DNA of 64,000 nucleotides from the NCBI RefSeq assembly GCF_009914755.1, contig NC_060940.1, one strand, 5' to 3'. Positions 16,852 to 39,642 of this stretch are shown one piece after another; positions within the stretch are counted from its first letter, which is position 1, and each line of letters begins with the position of its first letter. Source of the stretch: the human T2T-CHM13v2.0 reference genome, Homo sapiens. A program made the translations under genes and the position numbers. The notes below the pieces were generated by a model. It was given only the letters and a program-made list of their open reading frames with translations. It ran no database searches and had not been told where the DNA came from.

Positions 16852-16985
16852 TTTGTCAAATACTTACTAAGCACCTGCTACATGACAAGTCCTGTTCTAG
16901 GCACTCAGGATTCAAGATCAAGTACAATAGACTCAGGTTCCTGCTCCCAGGGAGCTTGCTGTGGGAGACAGGAGTGGGAATGGAC
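16852..16985 (-). mobile_element. L2 3' end
   Basis: caaatacttactaagcacctgctacatg...ttctaggcact...cctgctcccagggagctt resembles the antisense L2 terminus. Confidence 0.7.
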
Positions 16986-17934
16986 AAACAATGTAAGTTT
17001 GAGGCCCCCTTGGGTGGATCATGGCGCCTCTTCTGTGTGCCCCAGGAGACAAAGTCTGCAGTCGGCACAGTCACCGTCAGGTGGGGGCCCAGGGACACTA
17101 TGAGGAAAGTGGCCAGACTCCAGTCTGAGGGTGGTTGAGGACCCGGTGAGGAAGGGGAGGCCTTAGCTTGCAGGGCGTCAGGTTCCCTCATCGTGTTTTC
17201 TGCATCACTGACATTTCCCAGGAGCCGGGCTCCTCCCCAACCCCCGTGGAGGATCTCGACCTCTTGCCCCCACAATACCTCCCACAAGTCACTCATCCAT
17301 TTATTGAGCACCTACTGTGTACCCGGCTCTGGGGATATAGTAGCAAACACGATACATCCCTCACATCCTGGGGGCCCCCTGTCTTGGAAGGGAGGAGGGA
17401 CAGAAAAGCAAACAGATAACCACATTTTTTACAAATGAAATAACCTAAGTGCCCATCAGTGGGGGAAGCGGTGGTAAATTACAAAACTGCCCTAGTCTGG
17501 GAGGAATTCGCGGAGGCCTGTGGGCCTCACAGGGAAGCTGAGGGTGTAGCAAGTGAAAAAAGGAAGCTGCCTGCTATTAGGTGTCGTGTTTTGCCATTTC
17601 CGCTTCAGAACGGAGCTGCCCTGTGTCTCCGTGAGCTCGTCCTCCACCTGCCTGCCTGCCTGGCTCTGCCTCCACTCTTTGTTCACGCTCTCTGCTGAGC
17701 TCAAACATTCCTGCTGGGCCCAGGCAGCCAAGCCCCCATCAGCCGCCTCCCAGGCCGTTCTCTAATCACAAGCTCAGGCTTAATCCCCACACACGCCCAG
17801 GACTCCGCTCTGGGCAAATACTCCTCCTTTCAGCCCTGGAGTCCCTGACCTCCCGCTACCCAGACCATCCTGTCCCCTGTCCCCAGCCAAAAGGCCCCCC
17901 TCCACTGGTTGGGGGTGGGGAGACCTCAGTGTAG

Positions 17935-18340
17935 CCTTGTCCAATAAAACTGCCCGTGACAATGGAAATATTCTGTATACATGGAGGCGGCAAGCCACAT
18001 GTGGCTACTGAGCACGTGAAATGTGACTAGTGCAACTGAGGAATTGAATTGTTAATTTTTAAAAATTCATTTTAATCCATTAATTTATTTTTTGTAGAGA
18101 TGGGAGATTCTCACTGTGTTGCCCAGGGTGCCTTGAACTCCCGAGCTCAAGCCATCCTCCGGACTAAGCCTCCCACAGTGCTGGGATGACAGTCGCCTGC
18201 CGCCACGCCCAGCCTGAATTGTTAATTTTATTGTTTATGTGTATTGTTATTTATGTAAATATAGAGCATATTCATATTTACAGAATTTAATTAATGCAAA
18301 CGTAAGTAGCAGCGTGCATCTGGTGGCTGTCGCAGGGTCC
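17935..18340. mobile_element. MER3 (hAT-Charlie) interrupted by an Alu left monomer
   Basis: tgtccaata...ggaaat.ttct...agccacatgtggctactgagcac.tgaaatgtg.ctagtgc; monomer ~18085-18215 with TSD gaattgttaatttt. Confidence 0.8.
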
Positions 18341-18769
18341 ACCTGGGCCCAGGCATGGAGAAGAGGACAGCTCGGGTCCCTGGTCCTCTTCTTGGCAGGG
18401 GCAGCCTAGAGGGGCTGGGTGGCAGCTGAGGCCTCAGGCACTGAGCTGGGGGGTCCCTGGAGTCGCTGTGTTGATGGGGCTGAGCTTTGGGTGTTGGTGC
18501 CTGTGGCCCCTCCCCAGCGGCCAGTCCCTTGTTCTGACCCCTGCTTGGTGGTCAGAATCACACACTGAGAGCTCCTGAAGACCTGAGCTGACCTTCAAGT
18601 GGGACTGTCCGGCTCCAATGACAAGAGGTCGTTTTCCCCAGGTTCCTCTGTCTGCATCCGCTCCACGGATGCGCTCTCTAGGAACAGCTTCCCCTTCCTG
18701 GTTCTCCTGGGTCTCCCTTTCCATTCCTACAGCATCTACCTGGGCAAGAGATCTAGGGTCTCACCCCCT

Positions 18770-19580
<811 letters not shown>

Positions 19581-19737
19581 TTATACGATCCTGCCTGTGA
19601 AATGTTCAGAGGTGAATTCGTAGAGATGGAAAGGAGACTGTGGCTGCTGGGGAGAGGGGAGTGGCAAGTGACTGCTAAGGGGCACAGGTGATGATAGTGC
19701 TCTCAAATTGACCATGCTGATGGTTGTGCAACTCTGA

Positions 19738-20372
<635 letters not shown>

Positions 20373-21156
20373 TGATCTGCCTGCCTCGGCCTTCCAAAGT
20401 GCTGGGATTATAGGCGTGAACCACCTCACCCGGCCTTAAAATTTTTTGTAGAGACTGGAGCCTTACTATTTTGCCCATGCTGGTTTTGAACTCCTGGGCT
20501 AAACTGGTCCTCTCTCCTTGGCCTCTCAAAGGGCTGAGATTACAGGTGTGATCCCCTGTGCCCAGCCAAGGGTATTGCTGTACTGCTGAGGCTGGAGTGC
20601 AGTGGTGTGATCATTGCTCACTGCAGCCTGGAACTTCTGGCCTCAAGCAATCCTCCTGGCTCGGCCTCCCAAAGTTCGGGGATGATAGAGGTGAGCCATC
20701 AGACCCAGCTGAATTGCATACTTTAAATAAATGAATTCTGTATCTCCAAAAGGCAGAGTTATCACCTTCCTATACTGTGTTGGCCACCCCCTCAAATGTC
20801 CAACGTCAAGTCCTCACTCCCCTTCACCCTAAATTCCCGTGGGAAATGCCCCTCCTTCTAAGCCCGCACAGTTACAAACATGTACCCGGGTCCTCTGGTG
20901 GTCCCTGTGCAATTACTTTTCCTCACGCAATTTCCACCAACCTTCAGGATAACACTATGGTTAACCCCATTAAAAAAAAAGTTTCCAATGTGATTTTTTT
21001 TTTTTTTTGAGACGGGGTTTCACTCTGTCACCCAAGCTGAAGTGCAGTGGCACAATCTCGGCTCATTGCGACCTCTGCCTCCAGGTTCAAGCGATTCTCA
21101 TACCTCAGCCATCCGAGTAGCTGGGATTATAGGGGCCTGCCACCACGCCTGGTTAA

Positions 21157-21427
<271 letters not shown>

Positions 21428-21452
21428 CCTGTTATTTTTTTTATTGCAGTAA

Positions 21453-21791
<339 letters not shown>

Positions 21792-22089
21792 TGATCCGCC
21801 CGCCTCGGGCTCCCAAAGTGCTGGGATTACAGGCGCGAGCCACTGTGCCCGGCCCAGAACTCTTTTCATCTTCTAAAACCCAAACTCTGTGTCCATTAAT
21901 TAACTCCCCATGCCCCTCCCCCCAGCCCCTAGCCCCGCCACCGTTCTTCTTTCTGTCCCTGTGGATTGGGCTCCTCTAGGTGACTCAGATGTGGAATCAC
22001 TCAGTTCTTGCCCGTTCAGCATAATGTCCTCCAGGTTCATCCAAGTCGTAGTGCGTGTGGGTGCTTTATTCCTCTCTAATGCTGAATAA

Positions 22090-22382
<293 letters not shown>

Positions 22383-22418
22383 TGAGCCACTGTGCACAGC
22401 CCATGTTACCCCATGTTA

Positions 22419-22912
<494 letters not shown>

Positions 22913-23631
22913 TCATGTAGCAGTTGGTGGAGCCCAGAAGTCTTTGTGAAGTGAATGGACTTGGGTGCCCGGCTGGGGGTCAAGGTGGGTGGGTCCTGGC
23001 TGTGTAGCCCCCTGGGTCAGACTGCCTCAGACTCAGCCTCTGCTCAGTCAAAGCTGCTCCCATGACCAGGACTGTTCCACAGAGTTGTGCAGGTTACAAC
23101 CTATACACCTGTACGTAACAGCCCTGCCAACCATCATGATAGCCCTGGAGATTCCCAAATCCAGGAGGCCTCAGGGCTCTGCTTCGAGAAGGGGCAAGAA
23201 GCAACACAACGTAGAGGCCACCCGGGACGAATGAGATGTCCCCCAGGAAGCAGATAAACAGATGGATGGTTTCCAGGGGCTGCGGGAAGGGAGGAAGGAG
23301 GAGTGACAGCTTCATGGGTATGAGTTTCCTTTTGGGGTGATGAAAATGTTCCAAAACTAGAAAGTGGTGCTGGCTGTACGTGCATCTTGTGAATATACCA
23401 AAAGCCAGAGAATTGTACACTAAGAAATGGTTAAAATGGTAACTTTTGTGTTATGTGCATTTTTTTTTTTTGAGATAGAGTCTCGCTCTGTCACCCAGGC
23501 TGGAGTGCAATGACATGATCTTGGCTCACTGCAACCTCCACCTGCTGGGTTCAAGCAATTCTCCTGCCTCAGCCTCCTGAGTAGCTGGGATTACAGGCAT
23601 GCAGCACACTAAGAAATGGTTAAAATGGTAA

Positions 23632-24076
<445 letters not shown>

Positions 24077-25165
24077 TGAGTAGCTGGGATTACAGGCATG
24101 CGCTACCATGCCTGGCTAATTTTTTCATTTTTAGTAGAGACAGGTTTTTGCCATGTTGTCCAGGCTGGTCTCGAACTCCTGACCTCAGGTGATCCGCCCA
24201 CCTCGGCCTCCCAAACTGTTGGGATTACCGGCATGAGCCACTGTGCTCGGACCATTTTGCCACAATAAAATTAAGCTGGGGACCGTACCCTGCTTACTGC
24301 ATCTTCTTCAGCTTCAGAGCCATCCCAGGGCCCATTATGTATTCCAGGGTCTTAACCCCCATTCTCAATGTCACACTGAGCCATTCAACTCAGGACATTC
24401 CCAGCAGGATGCCTTCCAGGAACATCTGCCTTTGGATGGGGTCCAGAGTTTTACTCAAACAAATGCATCACTAATGGTTGAATCTTCTCTGGCAGTGGCC
24501 CATCTGCTGGGAAGACATTCAGAGACATGAGGTGGTTTCTGGGGTTCCCAAAACCCACCTCCACAAAAGGCAGCATTGGCTGGGTCATTCTTGCAGGGCA
24601 GGTGGGAAGCAGCAGATAGAGGCTAAAGATCCTGCCCTGGGACTGAGTTCATGCCCAGCACCCCTGGGGAATCAGCCTATCCTTGCAGCGCCTTCTTGTC
24701 CTGGAGCCAGGGTGCCTGGAGATCTTGCAGTTCAGGGCTTGGAAATCACATCTTCCCGGAGCATCAGCTGCAGCTCTAGGAGAAGAAGTCATTGGAGAAC
24801 GAGAGTCCTGGGTATGAGTTCCTTACTAGCTGTGTGGCCTTGGGCAAGTTATTCAGTCTCTCTGTGCCTTGTGCCTTAGTTTCCCTACGTGTAAGATGAG
24901 GATTAAAATAGTTTTGACTGTATATGGGCTTTTAATTGAGATGAAAGCCACGTAACAGAAAATTAATCATTTTAATATTGTGGCCCCAATTCAGTGGCAT
25001 GTGCATTTGCAACGTTGTGCAACCACCACCTCTATCACATTCCAAGACATTTTCATTGCTCTGGGGTTGCTTTGAGGATTAAATGCATTCGTGTTTGTAA
25101 AGCTTTAGAATGGTGCTAGGTATAGTAAGCGCCAATGGAGTGTCAACAAGTGGTAGGAATAATTA

Positions 25166-25621
<456 letters not shown>

Positions 25622-26474
25622 TCACACCTCTGTCTCCCACGCAGTCATTGTCCTCCCTCAATGTTGGGCAGCAGGAGAGGCGGACTTAACGCCTTTCGTG
25701 GTGGTAACAGCAGCTAACGGTGTTAACGTTCACTTTGCTCTGTGGCGATGCCTGGGCAGAGCTGGGCATTTCCTGGATGAGCCCGGGTTAGGACAGTCAT
25801 CCCTGGATCCCATGTCCCCCACCTACTCACCCTTGTGTTACTCCAGGAGCCATGGGCTATCATTTGCTGCCACCTTGCGACAGGGATGGGAACTTTGTGT
25901 CCCATTTCCGCCCTTGATTACCTAAGCCAAGAGTCTGCTGGGCACCTGCTGCCTGCCTGCCAGGTCCCCAGTAAGATCCTTCCCAACATGCGGGCAGCTG
26001 AATAAGGCAGCCACTGCCCCTGCCCTCAGGGAGCTCACAGTCTCCTGAGAGAGACCTCCAGGAACCCACAGATATATAAAACGAATAAATGCAATATTAG
26101 AATGTGATGCAGGCTAGGAAGGGAAGAGAGGTGATTTTCACAGGGTGCAGTGACATACTTGAAATATATCAGGGGTTGTCCATCTCCCTGGCCACCTCTG
26201 ACTTCCCCTGCTTGAAGGGGTGAATTCACCCCACGGTGGCACGTAGTAGGTGCTCAGTAAATGTTGAATGAGTGAATACATGGATGACAGCACTGTCCAG
26301 AGCCAATTTCTTGGGTCTTGTAGGCTAAACAGATGAGGAGTGGCAAGGCAGGACTTCTGGGAGCAAGGTTGGTCCCCTGGGAGTCCTGGGAGGGCTGAAA
26401 GGGGTTAAGTGTGAGTTAAAATGAGAGTGATGGACAAATGTCACTCTCCCAAGGGAGGCCCCCTTACTCCCTGT

Positions 26475-27091
<617 letters not shown>

Positions 27092-27094
27092 TCT

Positions 27095-27350
27095 TACCTG
27101 TTTTAAATTGTCCTTTCTCTCCGCTGGCTCCTTGAGCCCCTTTCCTGCTTATTTTTCTCTCGTTAGAGTTTTTCACTACCTCACACATCATATATTTGCC
27201 TTATTTATTGAGTGTCTGTCTCCCCACCGTAGTATAAACTCCACGAGGGCAGGGATTCGTGCGTGTGGCTCACCGGCGGCTCTCCAGCGCCTGGACAGGG
27301 CTGACCCCCAGCAGGCGCTCTGTGAAGGTGTGCAGAGTGGGCGAAGGTGC
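27095..27350 (+). mobile_element. L2 3' end abutting the SEC14L5 promoter
   Basis: gtctgtctccccac...taaactccacgagggcagggat...tctccagcgcctggacagggctg...agcaggcgctc. Confidence 0.7.
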
Positions 27351-27860
27351 ATGCGCGGGCCGTGGGGCGGGGACAGGTGGAGGAGCCAGTCAGACCCAAG
27401 TGCAGCGGGACGAGGGCGAGGTTAATCTGAGCAAGAAAAGCGTAAATTCTGCTTATCTACAAATGTAAACAGTACTGTCGGCCAGACGCAGGGTCCGGGG
27501 CGGGTCGGCCCGGACTCAGGGTCTGCTTGGAGGCAGAGCTAGATTAGGGCGGGGTCGTCCTGTGGCCTACCATTCCCCGAGGCTGAGGGCCTTGGAGGGC
27601 GGGGCCAGTGAAGGGGGAGGGGACTTCCTGAGGTGTGACCAATCTAGAGAAAGGACTGGGCTGAGGGCGTGGTCAAACAAGCGACATCTAAAAATAAGGG
27701 GCGGGGCTAGAACCAGGGGGAGTTCGCCTGGGGCGGGGCCAGAGTGGGGCGGGACCAGTTAGGGGGCAGGGCCAACCTGGGCGGGGCCATGGCCGGGGAC
27801 GTGGGCGGGACCAGGTCAGGGGCGGGGCCAGGCCAGGATCTCCGCTGTCCCGGGTCCTGG
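27340..27860 (+). promoter_or_regulatory. SEC14L5: SEC14L5 promoter: ten GGGCGG boxes, CCAAT box, ETS site
   Basis: GGGCGG at 27365, 27498, 27547, 27597, 27699, 27731, 27747, 27779, 27803 and 27820; CCAAT at 27639; ACTTCCTG at ~27623; CpG-rich. Confidence 0.85.
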
Positions 27861-27980
27861 AGCTCTCTCGGCCCGGCAGGTTTCGCTCCCGCCCCTCCGG
27901 CCTTCCACAGCTGTCCTGGCCGCAGGGTGTTCAAGGCGGGACACACCAGGCTAGAGATCCGCGATCGGGCCCCGCCTCAG
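27860..27980 (+). other. SEC14L5: SEC14L5 exon 1 (5' UTR; start approximate)
   Basis: Follows the GC-box array and ends at CAG|gtactg (27980). A second donor CGG|gtaagc lies after 28009. Confidence 0.7.
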
Positions 27981-28111
27981 GTACTGCGCTCCAGGCCAGG
28001 CGGGCGCGGGTAAGCGCTCAGCTCCCGAGCCAGGCGGGCTTCCAGGGCACTTCCCCTAGGCTGCATTCCCAAAGGCTCCCGAGGGCGAGGGTGAGCAAAG
28101 CTGCGGGGACC

Positions 28112-28520
28112 TGTGTGTGCATGCGTGTGCGATTGCCTCTACGTGTGTGTACGTGTGTGTGCATGTGCGCACGGGTGTGTGTGCGTGTGTGCACGTCTGT
28201 GCACACCAGGGGAATTGCGTGCGTGGAGCTGGGCAGGTGCGTGTTTCAGGGTGTGTGTGCAAAGTTGGAGGCGTGTGCAAAAGCAGTCCCGTGTGGGAGG
28301 GAAACCTGCGTGTGTACATGTGTGTGATAGAGACAGTGCCTGTGAAATGTGGTGAAGGCTGTGTGTGTATGTCAGGGTGTCTGGGAGGAAAATGGGAGGG
28401 CAGGTGCAAGGAGACTCGGGGGTGGGCTGTAGGCCAGCAAGTCTGTGGCAAGCTGCGGGGTGCATGCGTGAATAGAACCGTGGGAGTGTAAGAATTGCAA
28501 ATGTGTGTGTGTCTGTGTGG
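28112..28520 (+). repeat. Degenerate (TG)n-rich tract in SEC14L5 intron 1
   Basis: gtgtgtgcatgcgtgtgc... alternating purine-pyrimidine runs. Confidence 0.85.
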
Positions 28521-28696
28521 GTGGCCGTAAGGCTTCTGGGGGCCCTCAGTGTGAAGGGGTGGGGGTAGAGGAAAGTTTGGGGGTGCTGACTGCTCTTGGA
28601 AGGCTGAGCGTGGTCTGGGGCCATGGCTAATGACAGGGAAGCTGTTGGGGCTTGGCCTGGAGTAATTTGGGGGGAATATCAGCCTTCTCAATTTGA

Positions 28697-28933
<237 letters not shown>

Positions 28934-30129
28934 TGATTCTTGGGCCCCCATGTGACAGTTGGAGGGGCTTGAGATCAGCTATGGCGGTAGGAAGACGGAG
29001 CTCCTTAGACTCCCAGATCAGAAGGAATTAGTGAGTTACTCAGCTGACCTGGTGGGTTTAACTTCTATCCAGTGACCTCTCTGTCCAACCATCCTATCCT
29101 CGGCCCAGTGACCAAAACACAAAGTCTTTCTTCCTTCTCCTTGTTGAAGCTGACCTGCTCCCTTACTTTAGACTCTCCTGATAGAAAACAAAGGTATCAG
29201 GGGCCAAGCCACTGCTGTCATTTCATATAATGGCATATCACAGTGATAAATGGAATGGTGGTGATAATGACAACAGCTGTTTATTGAATGTTTACAGCAC
29301 TGTCTTAACAGATGATGTTTCTTCCAATTCCCGATAGCTGTTATTTTCCCATGTAACCTCCATGAAACTGAGGCTTTGACAGGTGAAGGGATGACACTAA
29401 GTTCTGTATCTACGCAGAGGTGGAGTCGGGGCTGAGATCCCCACAAAGGAGACTCTAGAACCTCACATTTGACCACAGAGCCCTCCTTCTGCTCACAGAC
29501 CCCCTTCCCTCCCCTTTAAGGAAGCTGACACTGGGACGAGAGAGAGAATGAGTGGGTAGGTTTGCTTTGTGATGTACTCTGTGTTGTGCAGCAAGTCAGT
29601 TGGAGGCCTAGAATTGGCTGCCAGATCCTTGGCCCCCAGGATCACTGGTCTTTTCACCCTGGGGGCAGAAGCTGGACATAGGTGGATGTGGAATTCCTTC
29701 TTGGCTGCATCCCTCTGCCTCTGAGCACTTCACTTCCCTGCTCAGTAACATGGGGACAATGCTACAAGGTTGCGGGGAGGAGTAAATGAGATAGTTCTTG
29801 GTGCTCCTTGCTGTGTGCCGGGCACACAGTAGGAGCTCACAAAATATGCTGTCGCTGTTATTACACCGAAGTCTTGTAAATTAATGTATTGAAAGTGTAA
29901 GAAACATTAGCATCCACCCCCATCTGTCCCACCCCAGCACTGACTGCTTAACCCCAGCCTTCTATCCAGGGACTTTCATATCTCTTGGTGGCTGTGTGTG
30001 CCTGTGTGTCCAGTCCTGTCTTATTCTATGAATCTACATGCGTATATGTTTATTGTCACACAGAGGATTTAAAAGCATCACCAAAATCATCCACATACCT
30101 TGTGCTGTTACAGGCAGATGGTTCTAGGA

Positions 30130-30350
30130 CAGCAAAGAGGCAGGAACTGGCTTAGGGTCATATTCTAGCTCCCCAATTGACGAGCTGAGTGACTGTGGGG
30201 CAAGTCACTTCACCTCCATGAGCCTCCACTCCCCATCACCAATGGGAATCTCCTGGCTTCCAAATCCTGGTGTCATGCTGTGGATTAAATGAGTCAATGT
30301 GTATAAAGCTCCTGGTACGGGGCTGACGCAGATCAAATGCTCACTGAGAT
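30130..30350 (+). mobile_element. MIR
   Basis: ctgagtgac...gggcaagtcacttcacctc...gagcctc...ggattaaatgag core. Confidence 0.75.
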
Positions 30351-30524
30351 CCAGCTATGATCGTTACTGTTTTTGCAAGTGCCTGAGTGACTTTGCTTCT
30401 GCGTAATGGGAGTGGAACACCAGGGGATGGTGAAGAGATCCAGGGACGTGAATTCAGATGCTTTAGGGTTCTGCTGTGCTCTGCCATGCTCTGGTTGTAT
30501 GTTTTTAGAAAGTTGCTGAACTTA

Positions 30525-31163
<639 letters not shown>

Positions 31164-31775
31164 CCTATTCATATAGCCTTAAGTGCTATATTCATGGGCA
31201 TGGCTTATTTTCAAGTGCAATGATTGTAAATATTTTCAGAACCCTAAACGTGACAAATTAAGTTGGAATTTATTAAGCACATGCAGTAGATGGTTTTCCA
31301 TCCTATAGTTAATGTGTCTCAGATTCATGGCAGAGAACCATGGGTCCTTGGACTGTCAGAGAAGGGTGGGGACAGTTTCTCTCTTCTTATGAATGAATGA
31401 ACAAGTGCTTGGGTCTTAGAACATGTGAGCTGCCAGAGCCTTAAACTAAGGGTGATTATTTATGTTTATCGACCACTTATTGTCACTTGGTAGGACTGGG
31501 CCCTGTGCGAGGCAAACAGACACACACACACACAATCACTTTTCATCTTCATGACAACCTTATGAGGCGCATATAGGCATACAGTCATCCCCATTTCACA
31601 AATCAAGAAAATGGGGGCTGGGTGCTTATTCATAGAATAAGACAGGACTGGACACACAGTCCTGCACTCGAGCCTGGGCAACAGAGCGAGACTCTGTCTC
31701 AAAAAAAAAAAAAAAAAGAAAAAGAAAAAAAGAAAAGAAAACAAAAACAACAGAAAAACTATATGAATAGCACTA

Positions 31776-32248
<473 letters not shown>

Positions 32249-32884
32249 TTATCTGTACCTGCGTTAATTTAAGTCATTTGTATTTTCCAGAGGGACTGCC
32301 ACAACCCTGTCATTCTATCTTCCATACAGTCCTTGTCTGTGAAATGGTCCCAAGCCACAGCAACACTGCCAACAAAGCCACTTTGCCGACTGTTTACAAA
32401 ACATTATTGTCCCCAAAATAGCTGCATAACTCAACGTAACTTGCACACTGTGGAAGCACAAAAGGGGTTTTCTATGCTTAATGTTCGTCTTTGTTTCGCA
32501 GTTAAACACTTGCCCTCAGATTGGGTCAGATGCCGGGGAAGTTTCAGATGAACTCAGCTATTTTCACTGCATCCGAGTGACCAGAAAAGCTGGCCTTTCA
32601 GTTTTTCTGTTTAACAAAACTGACTTCAGAATCAAAATGCTCCTAGCTTCTTCAAAACTCCACTGACAATGACACAAATGACTGAAATTGGGCTTGAGTA
32701 ATTGATTACAAAATTGTGCTTTGAGGTAACCTTTCTAGACCTGGCTTTAAACATTTTTAAAAATTAATACTCTCACTTAAAAAATTTATCTAGTCAAATA
32801 AACAGAGATTTCTCTCCAAATCCCTTCCCACGAATTTTGCTTCTAAAGAGAAGGATTCTAGGGTATCTTTCCTCCTCCCAACTA

Positions 32885-34565
<1,681 letters not shown>

Positions 34566-34883
34566 ACTATAATATATATTTTTAAAACTACCTCATTCAG
34601 GTGTGATTGACACATAAAAAGCTATATGTCTTTAACGTATACATCTTGAATGTGTCTGGTGATAAGAAGACACCTGAGGGTACAATATTTTTAAGGTTCA
34701 TCCACATCTTAGCATGTATAGATTCTGCCTTGTTTTTATGGCTAAATAAATACTTCACTGTGTATGAATAGACCACATTTTCTTTATCATTCATTAGTTG
34801 ATGGATATTTAAGTTGTTTTCAGTTTGGGGGGACTATTATAAATAGTGCTGCTATAAATATTTATGCACAAGTTTTTGTATGA

Positions 34884-35248
<365 letters not shown>

Positions 35249-35292
35249 TTATTCAATGGGTTTTTGAAGATTCTATTTTAAATTTTATTTAA

Positions 35293-36106
<814 letters not shown>

Positions 36107-36609
36107 CCAGACACTGCTCTGAGTCTATTCACTTATTAATTCCTCATAGCCACCCCATGAGATGAGTTCTGTGGGCAGCCCATTCGACAGAGGAGGAGAC
36201 TAAGGAGAGGCTTATCCAGGGCTCCAAAGCAAACATGTAGCAGGTGGGGACTCAACTTCAGGCAGTTCGGCCCCTCAATTTACACCCCAACTATGAGCTC
36301 TACCATTTTTCAGAGCTGGATGGAGGATCTGAAGTTACTGAGCTGGCGTCTGGGCCAAGTGCATGGTCCCAGCGGAGGCAGTTACCATCAGGATGCCTTT
36401 ACCCCTTCAGGACCCTGCAAGGGAGAATACAGCCCAAGCCTGCAGGCCCTGGCCCCTGGCACACCGGCCAAGCCCGGGAGTGTTTATTCAGCGCTACCTG
36501 TGGCCAGCCCTTTAGGCCAGCTCAGAGGCAGGTCCATTATAGCAGCCTGATCTGTAGCAGAAGAGGAAATTGAGGCTCAGCAAGGTCCAGGAGACTGTCC
36601 CTCAGTGAC

Positions 36610-37005
36610 CAGTGTTTATGGTCCCACAGAGCCACAAACCGGGTGACTTAGAACAACATAAGTTCATTGCCTCACTGTTCTGGAGGCCAGAAGCCTGAAT
36701 TCAAGGTGTGGGCAGGCCCACACTCCCTCTGGAGGCTCTAGAAGGGGATCTGCTCCTGGCCTCTCTCCCAGCCTCGGACAGTTCCTTGACTTGGGACAGC
36801 AGAACTCCAGTCCTCACATAATGACTCACTGTGTCCAGATTTCCGTTTTTTTATAAGGACACCAGTCATATTGGATTTATAAGGACACTCCAATGGCCTC
36901 GCTTCAACTTGATTACTTGTAAAGACCTGTTCTCCAAATGAGGTCACATTTACAGGTACCAGGGCTTAGGACTTCAACATATCTATTTTAGGGGTTACAT
37001 TTCAC
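36610..37005 (-). mobile_element. MLT1 (MaLR) solo LTR
   Basis: ttctggaggccagaag...tcaaggtgt...ataaggacaccagtcatattggatt...tccaaatgaggtcacatt...ttaggacttcaacatatc. Confidence 0.85.
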
Positions 37006-37081
37006 AGCTGGGATTTGAACTCAGGGAATCTGACCCCACAGCCAGAGCTCACAGCCAGACTTTCCGGATTCTGGCTCTGAC

Positions 37082-39642
<2,561 letters not shown>

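Noticed and set aside
16454-17138. HPSI-repeat ORFs (138 and 220 aa)
   Set aside because: Translations of the TCCA microsatellite.
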